Source of the DNA: Geosiphon pyriformis uo1
Taxonomy: Eukaryota > Fungi > Glomeromycota
Assembly: GCA_016748015.1 (NCBI GenBank)
Contig: JAAOMT010000074.1
Span: 188,984 to 252,983, forward strand
Direction: 5' to 3'
Length of the DNA stretch: 64,000 nucleotides
The notes below the pieces were generated by a model. It was not told the origin of the DNA and searched no databases. It saw nothing but the letters and a program-made list of their open reading frames with translations. Made by a program: the position numbers and the translations under genes. Below are positions 1 through 12,841 of the stretch, piece after piece (within the stretch, counting starts at the first letter, position 1; every line of letters begins with the position of its first letter).

Positions 1-813
1 CGTTGGATTAATAAGTCCAACTTTGATTGCGATTGCGCCAGATATGCTTGATTCTTTGGGACGGGAAATATTTTGAAGAGGGTACCATTTTACCTAGAAT
101 AACAAATATGAAAAAAATTTGAATCGTTAATACGGGGAACATCTTAATGAAATGAATTTTTTTCATCGATCCACATTTCTCATGATTAAATAAAAAATAT
201 GTCTGAAAATACGTACCTTATTCTCAGGATCATCATAGCCAAGATATCCATCCTGCCAAAGCTCTTGCAACGACACCTTGATCTCACCCATGTAATCCTT
301 TCCAAATGCATCTTTATCCCAGCAAGTCAGTAAAATCTCCTTAGGAGGTTCTCTCGTACTGACCGGAGTCTCAAAGGAAGCATCCCAACGCGGATTCAAA
401 TTCTTGTTTACCACCTGGGTTTGGTGGATCTCATCGCCAATCTGTAGCACGACGTACTGTGATAATTTTATAAAGAAACGATTGAAAGACATTAATTAAT
501 TAATAAAAACTTTCTAATGGTAGAATGAGTTTATATTTTTAGTATAAGGCTTTCTTTTATGAATTCTATTAAAACAACTCGTCCTGAGGTAAAAATTTCA
601 AATAGTAAAGAAACTTCCATTATTTCTTCACTTATAAAGGAGGCCAAACAAAGGTTCTTAGCTTGTAAGGAACAGAATGTATACACAACATGAAAGAACA
701 CGAAGGTTGACGGAACTCACAGGGTCAGAATACCCGTTCCTATCCTTAGCGACCAACTCCTTGCCCTCAATTATGTCAACGCGCAAACTTATAGTAGAAA
801 TTTCGGAAGACAT
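1..813 (-). CDS. PSD2: 5' part of a C2-domain gene, most likely phosphatidylserine decarboxylase 2; exons 813-721, 456-217 and 93-1, continuing off the window
   Basis: Three in-frame exons joined by GT..AG introns (donors GTGAGT at 720 and GTACGT at 216; acceptors CAG at 459-457 and TAG at 96-94). They read MSSEISTISLRVDIIEGKELVAKDRNGYSDP/YVVLQIG...KNLNPRWD...CWDKDAFGKDYMGE.../VKWYPLQ...ISGAIAIKVG, matching the N-terminal C2 domain of fungal Psd2. The catalytic part is outside the window. Confidence 0.75.
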
Positions 814-1371
814 TTGAAACGGAACGAACGTGAGCAATTTTCTTCAAATAAGATCACGGTGACCAGGTTCCACTTCCCGGTGAATTCACTGTTTATTAAG
901 AATGGAAATCACAGTGATTAAGTTTCATTTCCCTATTTATTAGGAATAGAACTTGTGTATCGTTCGACAAAGGTTATTTTCAATTATTGACAAATGACGG
1001 CTAGCCAAGACAATGGGAAATGATTTTGTTAATTTTTTCTATTCCTAATATACTAATATCTATGAAATTGAAATCGTGTCAAAAATTAATACACATCATC
1101 TATAATATTAAGGGTAAAAGATTTTTACAAAAAAAAATTGTGATATACTACTATAAATATTTAATACAAACTAAAAATACAAAAAAAAAGCCATTAAGTA
1201 ATAATTGTGTCCATTAGATCCTGTTGTCCTCTAGTAGATGATAAATTTGTTGCACTAGTCATTTGGGGTGCAGTGAGAGTTTCTTCATCTGGACCACTAA
1301 CCCTTTCTTCTATTGATTCTGGTTCGAAAAATCCACGAACATTTACTGAACTTGATTAATTAAAAATAAAA

Positions 1372-1478
<107 letters not shown>

Positions 1479-2329
1479 TCTAATCATAAAAGATCAAATC
1501 CGTACAAAAGATCAGAGATCTCCGAATATTTGTTAAATAAAAGCTACAAAATATTTTCTATACATTTTGGAAATTCAAATATTCTAATTTACCTAAATTT
1601 AAAAAGAACAATGTCCAATTTCACAATAGTCGGGAAATTTTAATTTTATTTGTTTTTGATGTTTACCTTCAATATTATTAAGGAAAACTTTCAAACTACT
1701 TTTTGTTTGATAAAACCATCCAAATAACGAGAAAAATTGCTAAAAAATGAAATTATCTAAATGGATAAGCTCAAATAACAATATAATATCTCAACAAGCG
1801 ATATTTTGAAAGGAGTATGATCAAATTTTTAGAATTCTTTTATTGATAATTTCTTAACATTAAAAAAAATAGTAATAAGAATAGGAATATAATAGAAATA
1901 GGCGTCTTCATAGAAATCTTCATTTCTACTTACTCAAAGTGTAATTATTAATAACTCGCCATATTCAAATCAACCAACCAATCAAAAAAATTATATTCCA
2001 AATAAAATACAATACCAAAAATTAAGTCATATGAATTTGGAGTCTTTTGATTGGCTAAATAGTAATGAATTCAAATTTTTAACCTCATAAATGAAAAATA
2101 TATTCTTTCACATAAAAGAAATCATTTGACGTTTTTCCCTCGCGATAACTTACTACTTTATTAGATTAGATTAAATTAAATTATTATTTAATTATAAAAC
2201 AATTTATTAGTTTATTAGCAAAATAATTAAAAAATTAGACTCAATACTATATTTATTAATCAATACCTTTATAATTAAAACATGATAAATTATTATTGTA
2301 TTTTTTACAATAATTGTAAATTTAAAACC

Positions 2330-2750
2330 CATTTTTTTTGGAATTATCATAATTTTTTAAAAATTATATTTGTAATATAACTTGTTTTTTTATTTAATTT
2401 AAAACAAGTTTTATTTTTTACATGTAACCAGTTACTCAGACCAATCAAAACCACATTACTCATCTATATCTAATAAAAACATTACTATTCAAACCAATAA
2501 AAATCAAACAATACCTTTTTAAACCAAAACTGATTAATTATTTTTTTTATAATACCAAGAAAATAAATTACTTTTTTCAAAAACAAACATAATAAACCCA
2601 AAACATCTGCAAATAAAAAGTCATTTGCACTTAAAAAGCCCTTTTTTTTCAATTCAAATTTGAACTTTATGTTAAGCAACCAAATATTACGTTTATAATT
2701 TTTAATCAAACTGTAAACAAAATTAACTAGTTTAATAATAGCAGTTTTAA
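2330..2750 (-). mobile_element. Highly decayed 3' fragment of a LINE related to the LINEs further along the window
   Basis: ttttacatgtaaccagttactcagaccaatcaaaaccacatta (about 2415-2458) aligns with the LINE 3' ends at about 6100-6143 and 31365-31409. The ORF remnant ..RNIWLL..ELKKKG resembles the ORF2 C-terminus. Confidence 0.55.
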
Positions 2751-4438
2751 TGTTATTACAATTAAAACTTTTACTTTTTAGTTTTATTTATTTACTTAGT
2801 CATAATTAGTAATATGTATTAATTATTAATATTATTAATTGGCCATCTTATTTTTAGAAGTAGTCTTTGATATAATTATTAACTTGATTAATAACTTGAT
2901 TATTGACTCGGTCATTAATTCAATTATTAATCTGAATTATTAATATTATTTTTAATCTGATTATTGAATTTTTTTAAGAGTATATAAATAAGACTTCTCA
3001 AAGCTTTAAAAAAACATTTATACTCAAATTAAAATCATTTAAAGCAAAACTTAATACAATAATATCAACTTTTTTATTCTTTTTATTATTTCTTTTTTTT
3101 TTAATTGTATTTTTTATCTTTAAATTCTTTTGTTATTTTTTGAAAAGAATAATAACTAAAATATTTATAAAACTAATTTTGGAAATTGAATTTTTGCTAA
3201 TTTAATTTGCTTATTAAAGTTGAATTACTCTTTAATTATTTTATTGCCATACAATATTGTTTTTTTTGTTATTTGTTAACATATTATATTTGACTATAAT
3301 AAAAAAGTAGTGCTTTTTCTAATATTGTTAAATTTTTAATTTATCTACTATTGTATGAATAATAATTTTTCTTGGCACAAAAAATCCAAAATTATTTTAT
3401 AATACATAATTAAAATAATTTAATTTATATTAAACTTAATTTTTTTTTATTTTGTCTTATTTGTTTTTCAGTTAAAAAACAGTCTAGCCAACAATTTCAA
3501 AATTTTAAAAATTGGTTTTTAATTCAATATATATTATTTATTTTTTTAATCAAATTTATTTTGAAAAAAAATTTAAAACCAAAAAAAATTACATTAATTA
3601 ATTAATATTTTCAGTTATTTTAAATCAATAAATTTATAATTAAATAACTATTTATTAATAAATCAAAACTTTTTTAAAAATAAAAAAAGCTATTAAATAG
3701 TCTCTGTATTTGATTTTTTTTCAAATAATTCAAACTTTTATTTTAAATACCAATTTTTATTATGGTCTAAAATGAAACAAATATACTACTAATTCTTTAA
3801 AATATCTAAACTATTTTAAGTTGTTAAAACATAAGTTTTTTATCTTTGTTTAAAAAAAGCTTTTAAGATTTAATAAAATAACTCAAAAACTTTAAAAAAA
3901 CTGTTATAATAAATCAGTATAATAATTACAAGTTTAAATAGTTAAAAAATCTTTTAAAAAAAATTTTATATATATAGTTTATATAAGAAACTACTAAAAA
4001 AACTGTTTAATAAATTATTTGATAATTATCTAAAAATGCCAATCAAATATAATTTTTTTACCACCAAATTTAAAGAATATTTTCTACTGCAATATTAATA
4101 TTCAAGAAAAGAATAAAGTTAAAAAAAATGTAAGGTTTAAAAAAAGTAATTATTAATATGTTAAAGCAATTTAAAATTTAATAAAATAAGTTAACTTAAA
4201 AAAAAATAAAATAAAATAAAATAAAAAATTTTATTTTTTTATTAAAGACTTAAGAATAAATTTATTTTATGTTCTATGATTTTTTTTGTTATTAAAAATA
4301 ATCTGATATTAGATACAACCATAAAAATAGTCTAATAAATAAAAATTAAAGATTTTTAAAACCCAATATTATTTTTGTTATAATCAATCTTAATAACTTT
4401 AATACAATTTAAAACATAAAAAACAAAGTTTTCTAATT

Positions 4439-4480
4439 TGTTATTAATGTAGAAATATTGGTTATATAATACGAAATTGT
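4439..4480 (+). pseudogene. Relic CCHC zinc knuckle of an ancient retroelement inside the AT-rich zone
   Basis: TGT TAT TAA TGT AGA AAT ATT GGT TAT ATA ATA CGA AAT TGT reads C-x2-C-x4-Y-x4-C; CAT>TAT restores the His. Confidence 0.45.
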
Positions 4481-4939
4481 AATAATTTTTTAATACTTTT
4501 TTCAAATTTAAGAAATAAAAATCAGCAAAAGAATAAAAACAATAACAATTAAACTTATAATTTAAATACTAATTAGACTTATATAAACTTTTTTAGTAAA
4601 AAATTTTTAGTTAAAGCAACAAAATATTAGTTTTTAAACTAATAGACATATCTTTTAAAAATAAAAATATAAGTCAAAAAGAAAAAATCTTTTTGTTTAA
4701 TTTTAATTTAACAAATAATAATATAAAACTACAAAAACAAAATAGCAAATTATTAAACAAAATCCAATTCAATAAACAAAAAAAAAATTTCGATCTGAAT
4801 TTTAATATGACTTTTTTAATATTTAACAACAAAAATAAAATACCGAAATTAAAATTTTTTGAAAATCTACTTAAATTAGAATTATTGAAAATTAAGTCTT
4901 TATTTAATAATTAAAAATCTAATAAAAATTCTTGCTTAT

Positions 4940-5713
4940 TGTTATTTATTAAGTAAAACAGAAAAAAAATAATAGAAAAAAATAATATAAATAATATAAA
5001 TTATTAAAATATATAATATTAAAAATTTTAGCAATAATTTAAAAAAATTGTAAAATTTTTAAAAATCTCATATTATGAAAATTTATATATATATATCAAA
5101 AGTATTAAAAGCAAAAAAACAGATAAATTGAATTAAAAATAAGTTTAGTTTCTATTTTATTAAGTAATTTTTACAGTTAATAATCTAATACTTAAAGTTT
5201 ATAATCATTTTTAATAAATTTATTAATTTATATTATTTAAACACAACTTTATAAATTCATACTTATTTTGTTAAAATTTAATTACTTTTTTATTGATATT
5301 AATAATATTAACACAATATTATTAATAATACTAGAACAATAGTTTTTAATCATAATTATTAATAAAATATTAATTTTTTTTTCAATTTATTTTCTTTTTT
5401 TTGTTTTGTTTTATGTTTACTAATTGATTAAAAAAAGTGCTAAGATTATAACATTAAAAATTGTCTAATAAAAATATAAAATTTAGTTAAAAAACTAAGA
5501 TTATTTATTAAAAAAGTAAAAAACATCTAAATAAACCAATTACTATGTCAAAAAAATTAAATATTAAGTATTACTTATTATTAACGTTAAATCTTTGTTT
5601 GTTATACAAAAACTCAACCAGTAAAATTTTTAAAAAACTTTTAAATTAAAAATATTACTAAATTTAAGCATAAATTATAAAAGTTTAAATAATTTCAAAA
5701 ATAATTTCTAATA
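4940..5713 (+). mobile_element. Very decayed solo LTR related to family A
   Basis: Starts TGTTAT and ends ataatttctaata (compare ataatcacctgtaaca). Internal blocks ctagaacaatagtttttaat and tgtttactaattgatt are collinear with LTR A. TTAT flanks both sides (4936-4939, 5714-5717), although that could be chance in AT-rich DNA. Confidence 0.5.
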
Positions 5714-7899
5714 TTATATTATTTTTGGTTAATTAATAATATATTTTTAATTTTGAAAAAATATTTAAAAAATATTGATTTTAAAAAAACAATTTAATAT
5801 TAATAAATATTTTTAACAAATAATATTGGTTTTTAGTAAAATATTATTTTTTTTATCTATAAAGCACAAATAACTAAATATTTTATAGTCTTAATATTAA
5901 ATAATAATTTTTAGTTAATATTATAACCAAATTTTAACTGATATTTACTATTCGATATTTTTAACTATTAAGTTTTTATTAAAATAAAACTGTTTTTAAT
6001 GCTATTTTTTTTTTTTTTATTTTGTTTAATGAGTGAAGTCCAAATACTATCTAGTATAATACATTATTAAATAATCTAAACTAAATGTAAATCATGCCTT
6101 TTTTACACATGACCAGCCATTCAGACCAGTCAGAACAACACTACGCACTTATATGAACAGAAACCTCTTCACAAGCACCAGAAAAAAATAAGCAAGACCT
6201 GCGAAACCCAAAATGAATGCTAATTGCATTAGCAATTCCCAACAATCTAACAACATCTGCTGAAAGACCCATGGAAAAACCAGAAACAGAGGCAGAAATA
6301 GAGCCATCATGAGGAATCAGCCTACCCTTCTCCATCACTGCCCGGTGTCTCGCATGAATCAACCAGATTTCATCCCGGAACACAGCACAAAACTCACACA
6401 CAAAAGATACCATGTTACAAGCTGCCACCCTGGGATCCTTAAAAACAGAGACAGATTTACAATACCAATTATCGAAAACAAATCCTTTACATAGAGCCAC
6501 CCCAACCACATAATTTGAAGCACAAGTAGACAGTAACTGTGAAATGCACGAAGAAGAACAAGATAAACCAGAGCGTGCTTTCTAAACAGCCACATAAGTG
6601 TTCATCAAATGCTCATGGCCAACGGCATCAAAGAAGCAGGAAAAAACATGATTGGAGATTTCAACATTACCACAGAATAAGCACACTATACTGGGGTAAA
6701 GCCTATCATATAGATGCTTACGCATGGTGACAGGAAGTCAATGATACAGAGCCTTCATAAAATAAGTCCGAAAGCCAGCAGTATGCAAACTAGTGAAGCC
6801 AGCAGCCATGTGAGAATCCGGGTGCCACACCGAAACAGACCTGGCCCAATCAACATCACCTCACAAACTATCCACCAAAACTCAGGAACTGGATCCAACC
6901 TCCCAATGCACCCAATGAATTGACCAGAAGATATCACAAACAAAATGTCTTGAATTACTAGAAATGGCAGAGTTACCAGCTCTTAAAAACCGTTCACCAA
7001 CCCTGTACGGCAGCCACCAAGAAGATGAGGCAGCGATCTCTGCAAGTAAGTCAGCATGGTCATTGCCAGAGACACCTGAATGACCTTTTACTTTGATTCA
7101 ATTTACATCCAAATTCTTATTACGAATAACATTAGCAATGTGGCAATGCTCGATCCAATAACAATTCTTGAAGTCTGGCCAAGCCAGTAGAGATTCAGAT
7201 TTGCATGCATCCAAAGCAGCCTGGCTGTCCGAGAACAAATCCACTGAACAGAAAAAGGGAACACACTCGAGAGCCAGAGCAATGGCCTACAACTCTGTAA
7301 GTGTAGAGAAAACCAAACCAGACACCTTCACACCCAACTCTGAATCAATGTCCTCAAAGAAAACAGCAGCACCAGCCTTCATACCAACAGTATCCAAACC
7401 ACTTAGAGACCCATCTGTATATACAGAGAGGCGAACAGCAGTATCAATGTCCAACAAATTGTCGCAAACCATGTCAAAATTGCGAGAAAAACAAATATCA
7501 GGAGAAGTGTGATCACTTACTGGAAGAGAGCACCCAGAAGAAAGAACAACACTACCAAGAAACCAAACAGAAATATCAAACCAAACAGGAACTGGGCCAC
7601 AGGAATCCAGTCTTTTCCAACGTTTGAAGGTCTTCCAACTGAAAGCAACACCATATCTGTCATGAAGCTGTTTCATGAAAGTGATACCATAGTAGTTGAG
7701 TGACAGAACACATTTGTGAAATCTTGGCTCATCTAGAACAAGAGACATAGGAGTGCCACCTCAGAGACAAAAAGCACTGGCTAGAAAAGCACCCAAAGAC
7801 AAGTCACACTCAGAAAAAATACAAACCACACTTGACAGAAAGTTGTTTGAAGGGCTGACATAAATGTGAACTAGAAACAGCAAAGAGTAACAGAGATGC

Positions 7900-8763
7900 T
7901 GTTACTCATAGAAATATAGGAAATATATTAGCATAATTATTAGCCAATCAGAAGTAAGCATAGTAAATGTGGAATTCCAGGATTCTTCTCAGGAATTGCA
8001 GGATTCCAAGAATTTCAGGATTCCCCAACAAAGAATTGCAAGATTCCAGAATTCCAGAATTCCTCTCAAAGGAATCGCAGGATTCCAGGAATTTCAGGAT
8101 TCCTGTCGTGAAAAATTGAGGAATTGAGGAATTCCAATTATGTATATATAGTGGTAGTGTTAGAAACAGAAAAGACAGAATTGATACCATAGAATCCTTA
8201 GCCAAGAAATAAAAATCATCAAATAAAATAATTATTCCATATCCCAATCCACTCTCCACTATCAACACTTCATGTTGATAGTAATTGATACTTAACCACA
8301 CTGGAACAATAGCTCTTGATTATGACTATTGACAGAATACTAATCTGCCATACTGCCTAGAATTATTTTTTTTCTTTCTTTATTTTCTTTTATTTTTCTT
8401 TATTTTATTTTCATTTGTTGTTTACTAATTGAGTAAAAAGATTAAGCGCTGAGTTATTGATGTCAAAAATAGTCTGGTAAAAGACCCAGAAATAAGAGTA
8501 AAATTTTATATATTATTGGATAGCTTACCAGAAGGGCACAACTACCAGACTAAATCCGGCCACCACGCTGAGAAAGAAATTGGGACAACTCTTGGAAAGA
8601 TACATTTGCTATCAACACTATTGAATTTCTGTTCATTATACAAAAGACTTTATCAAAACCTTCAGATACCACACCTTCAGAACATCATCAACAGAAGTAG
8701 CTTTTAAGCACCAAGTTATGGGTTTGTTATTTAATCCAACAGCAGAAATAATCACCTATAACA
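7900..8763 (+). repeat. 5' LTR of element A
   Basis: TGTTAC...ATAACA, collinear with 17970-18813. Contains CCAAT (about 7944), a GGAATTCCAG-type repeat array and a TATATATA box (about 8143). Confidence 0.97.
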
Positions 8764-8765
8764 TT

Positions 8766-8782
8766 TGGTGCTCCCTGTGAGG
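8766..8782 (+). promoter_or_regulatory. Primer-binding site of family A (TGGTGCTCCCTGTGAGG)
   Basis: Starts 2 nt after the LTR with TGG, complementary to tRNA CCA. Resembles the 3' ends of elongator tRNA-Met or tRNA-Ile(UAU), but the tRNA cannot be assigned firmly. Same site at 46273-46289 and 42600-42616 (-). Confidence 0.85.
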
Positions 8783-11700
8783 TATAATTCTACAAAGAAC
8801 CAGCACCAACAACACCAAACCAAAAGTGGCAGAATCAGAAAATATAGGAGCAAACCATTTAGAATTTACAAAATCCTTATTTCAACACTATTGTCAATAC
8901 TTGGGATTAAACCACAATCATATATTCACTAAATCAGTCTTCAATTTCTATGTCAATGAAAAGATTTCCTCTTTATTAGAAACACCAGTAAATACTAAAT
9001 CAGCAAGAGAAACTTTCTATAAGGAATTAATTCAAAACACCAACTTACCAACAAATCATAATTTCACATCTATCATCACTAAGATCAACAAAGAAATTGA
9101 ACATCACACTCAACAAAGATATCTAATTACATACGCTAGTAAAGGCAAAGGAAAATTACAAACACCAACAGTAACACCCAGAAAAATACAGCTACCTGCT
9201 TGGAAGAAAAACAGAGTTGAATTTCCAAGCAACCCATCTTACTACTATACACCTGGAAGTGCCATTAACATATTATCAACAGACGTGTTCTCATCAACTG
9301 CGACATCAGCATTTGGACGATTCTCATTCCAAAGCAGACAAAGGAAAACAGAATTGTTAGGACCATATGGCAAATACTTTGAGGGATTTAATTTGTGATC
9401 ATCAACCTCATCAAGACTTTGATTACCACCACCTTTGCCAGATTTTGGAATCTCTGATCCGTGAGAAGCAGCAGAATCAAAAAAAGAGGAAGAAGAATCA
9501 GAGAATCAAGAATTCACTTACCAGCACCCGATCACTGAAAACCTGAGAGTTGAAACCCCAAATTTTCAAATTCAGCAAAATCCAGATCTAGAAAATTCGG
9601 AATTCGAAACTCTGAATCATCAAAGACAGAACAATCCAAACCCCAAATTAACTAATCAGCAAAACTTATCTCTGGTAATTGTCATCGATCAACTGCCAAT
9701 TAATCCTATAGCCAAACCCATACAGCAGCCATTTCAACTACCACTCCAACAACCAGTACAACAACAACTGCTTCAACAGCCACCACAACCCCCTAACTTA
9801 GATTCAATGGCCTATGCACCAATCGCAAAACTTGACAACTTTACTGGTGAAGAGGATAATGCTCAAGTATGGCTGAATGATGTCGAAAAGGCCATCACAG
9901 CCAACAGATGGAATGATGCTCAAGCAATGCAAGCCATTCCCTACTTTCTCAAGAATACTGCTAATTCATGATACCAGAGTTTGGTTAATAAACCACAAAA
10001 TTTTAATGCCTTCAAAGTGGAATTCCTAAGATATTTTAGCAACAATAACAGCATCAATTGCCTAGTCAATACATTCACCACCATGAAACAAAGAGAAACT
10101 GATGTAGTCACCACTTATCTGAGATGCTTCTATCAAAACCTACGCCAAATTCAAGCAATTGACGCCAACTATTTCACAGCATCACAGATACTTAATCAGT
10201 TTATCCGTGGCCTGCGCAGCAGCATCTTGTAACATGTACGTCTGTTGCATCCAGGCATCCTTCAAGATGCAGTCGCACCAGAGATTTTGAATCCACTAAG
10301 TCAGAAGCTAACCATGCCCAAGCTGTTAATCTAGTAATAAACGGATCATCTGAATTGAATTCCAAGTTGGAGAAGTTCAGTGAATCAATTAATAAGAGAT
10401 TGGAAAGATATTTAGCTGACAATCACGCCATTTATCAGCCTCCACAACAATGCAATAATCAAGGAAACTTTAATCATGCCCAAAATCAGCCACGCCCATC
10501 TTCATTGACCAATCAATAGTGACAACAAAAAATGCGTATCTGCCACTATTGTGGTAAACAAGGACATATCCAAATTAACTGCTGTCAGCATTTAAATAAC
10601 CAACGATTGGGAAATCAATATTGAAATTCTGATTGCTAGCTCTTCACTCTGAATTATCCATCAAATTCAACACCATATTAAACTACTTACCTGCCAATGA
10701 CACAGCAATCAATTTACCAACCACTCATATATCAAGTGCCAATTTATCAACCAACGGCCCCAATTTATTAGCAACAGCCATAGGTAATGTATCAACCACA
10801 ACTGCCAACAATCTATCAACCCCAAATGATTCAGACTCTGCCACAAAACTTACCGGCCAGCGGAGTCCAAAGGCTGAGAATCACGCAGCAAAACTGGAGA
10901 TCGTCAATAGTAGTTTATCAGCCGATCCCCAGCCTCTTCAGTCCAACCAGATTTTGTCAACAGAATTTAGGCACCGGGAATCCCCAGAACCCAAATTTCT
11001 AGAACTATTTAAGTCTTCTGGTTACCCCAGAAGACATCTCACCCAGCAACCAGGAACCCACCCAAAAACAACAAACATGTACCAGCAATATTCCACCCAC
11101 AACAGTCACCAACAACGAATTGCTGGATGCCATTTTTCCATTCGAACTTGAGGAACTGTCAAACACACCATTATTTAGTGGAGCCACCTTGGAAGAAAAA
11201 CCAATTACTGCCATGTACACTGATGCGAAAATCAATGGCCATCACATCAAACTAATTCTTGACAATAGTTCAGCAGACAGCATCATTACATGACAACTCA
11301 TGGATCAATTAGGTCACTAAGTTGATTGAGCTGCTAGTGCTAGAATCATCATGGCTGATAGAGCGACCAAGACTCCAATTGGCGAAATTGATGACTTACC
11401 CATCAAAATTAACGGTATCATAATACCAATCAAAGTACTCGTCATGGAAGCCACCCAATACCAAGCTCTAGTTGGTAATGACTGGTTGTCCAAAATGAAT
11501 GCCACTCTGGACTGGAATACCTAAAAGCTTTAACTTAGCCAGAATGGGCAACACACACGAGTACCAGCAATGTGTGGCCACTTTAAAGCTACCAATGCCA
11601 CAGCACCACTAATTGACTTCGAGGAAGAAAAACCAAAATCTACCTGGGAAACATACCAAGTATCATGGGCTGATGAAGAGCACAACAAACTGCCGCCAAT

Positions 11701-12841
11701 ACTCCTCTGGGATGACAATGACAATGAAAAAGGGAAACAAAAAGAAGAACTTACCTGGGAAACTAATGACTTGACCTGGACTGACAACAATGAGAGCAAA
11801 CCAACTTCAAGCTGGGAATGAGAAAAAAACAAAGAAGAAAAGAGAAAAAGAAAAGAGAGGGAGGAAGAAAACACTCAAGCCAACAATGCTTATATCCCAT
11901 ACATCTATGATCAACAACAACCATCAACCTATTGCTGATCTAAACTGATATGCATTGATTGCAGCAAGAAATTGTCGTCAATGGGTGCATGTTGTGGCGA
12001 CAACGAAGAATATCAGACAGCAACCAAGTTCTATTGCCACACATGCCATATCGAATGTTTTGGCAGACCAAAACGAATGAGAAAATAGGATAATATGCCA
12101 TGTATAGCCTGTAGAGAAACTCTCTTGGATGAAGGGATGTGGAATGACATCCCAAAACGTGGAGGAATGTGCGACGTATCATGTCAATACACAATTCTAA
12201 TAAATGACTGGGTAAGAAAAGGAACCCCAATAGAAGCAGCCTAGAGAAGAGCTGTACAGTGACTGGACAGTTGTCCACATGACGATGATGACATTTGGTG
12301 AATGGCACTCACCAAAATCAAAGGGGTGTCGTCTGAGGAAATAAAAATGATCAAAGACAACCCCCCAGAATTTTTAGAGCTTGACTGGGATGCAGAACCC
12401 ATCATAAATCTTCTGGATCCAAAACAATTCCACAAACACTACCAAGAATTAGCATCCACAAGGGAAAAACAAGAACAATGGTTAGAGCAGTTGAATGCTC
12501 GACTATGTCAACACTGCCTAATTCCCTATGACTTCCAGTATTGTGATAAGTGTGATCTTATTTACAATCCACCACCATGTATGATCTATACAATCCCTGA
12601 AGAGGAAGAACTAATCAGCAGATGTGCATCAGAATTGGAATCAATTTTCCATCCTGATTCAAACTCTGACAATGATGATGACGAAAACACCAGTTCTAGC
12701 TTCGTTCAATATGACGACAACAATGATACCAATTCTAACTCAGATTCAAACTCTGATTTAAACTATGAACAATACATTGTATTACCAGATCTCTTCAAGG
12801 AACAAGAATTGAAATGGTATAGTGACAATGGGAAAGATATT

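Noticed and set aside
163-492. 109-aa ORF as a stand-alone gene
   Set aside because: It is exon 2 of the spliced PSD2-like gene plus intron read-through.
7968-8140. CRISPR-like array
   Set aside because: Short degenerate tandem units without unique spacers, inside a eukaryotic LTR, with no cas genes.
7948-8301. ORFs inside LTRs (also 18037-18282, 56469-56741, 8516-8707)
   Set aside because: Translations of U3 repeat arrays or LTR sequence, not preserved between LTR copies.
10622-10624. TGA after the Gag zinc knuckle shared by A, C and D as a programmed gag stop
   Set aside because: CGA>TGA at a CpG explains it easily, C and D are not independent, and no homologous stop can be shown in family B. 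It needs a genome-wide consensus.
10633-11151. Overlapping T/S/N-rich ORF open in all family A copies (also 40293-40730 and 48140-48592), suggesting a frameshift product
   Set aside because: It is the shifted reading of Q/P-rich CAA/CCA codons, which rarely gives stops. The main gag frame runs on into the protease, there is no ATG start, and I found no convincing slippery site.
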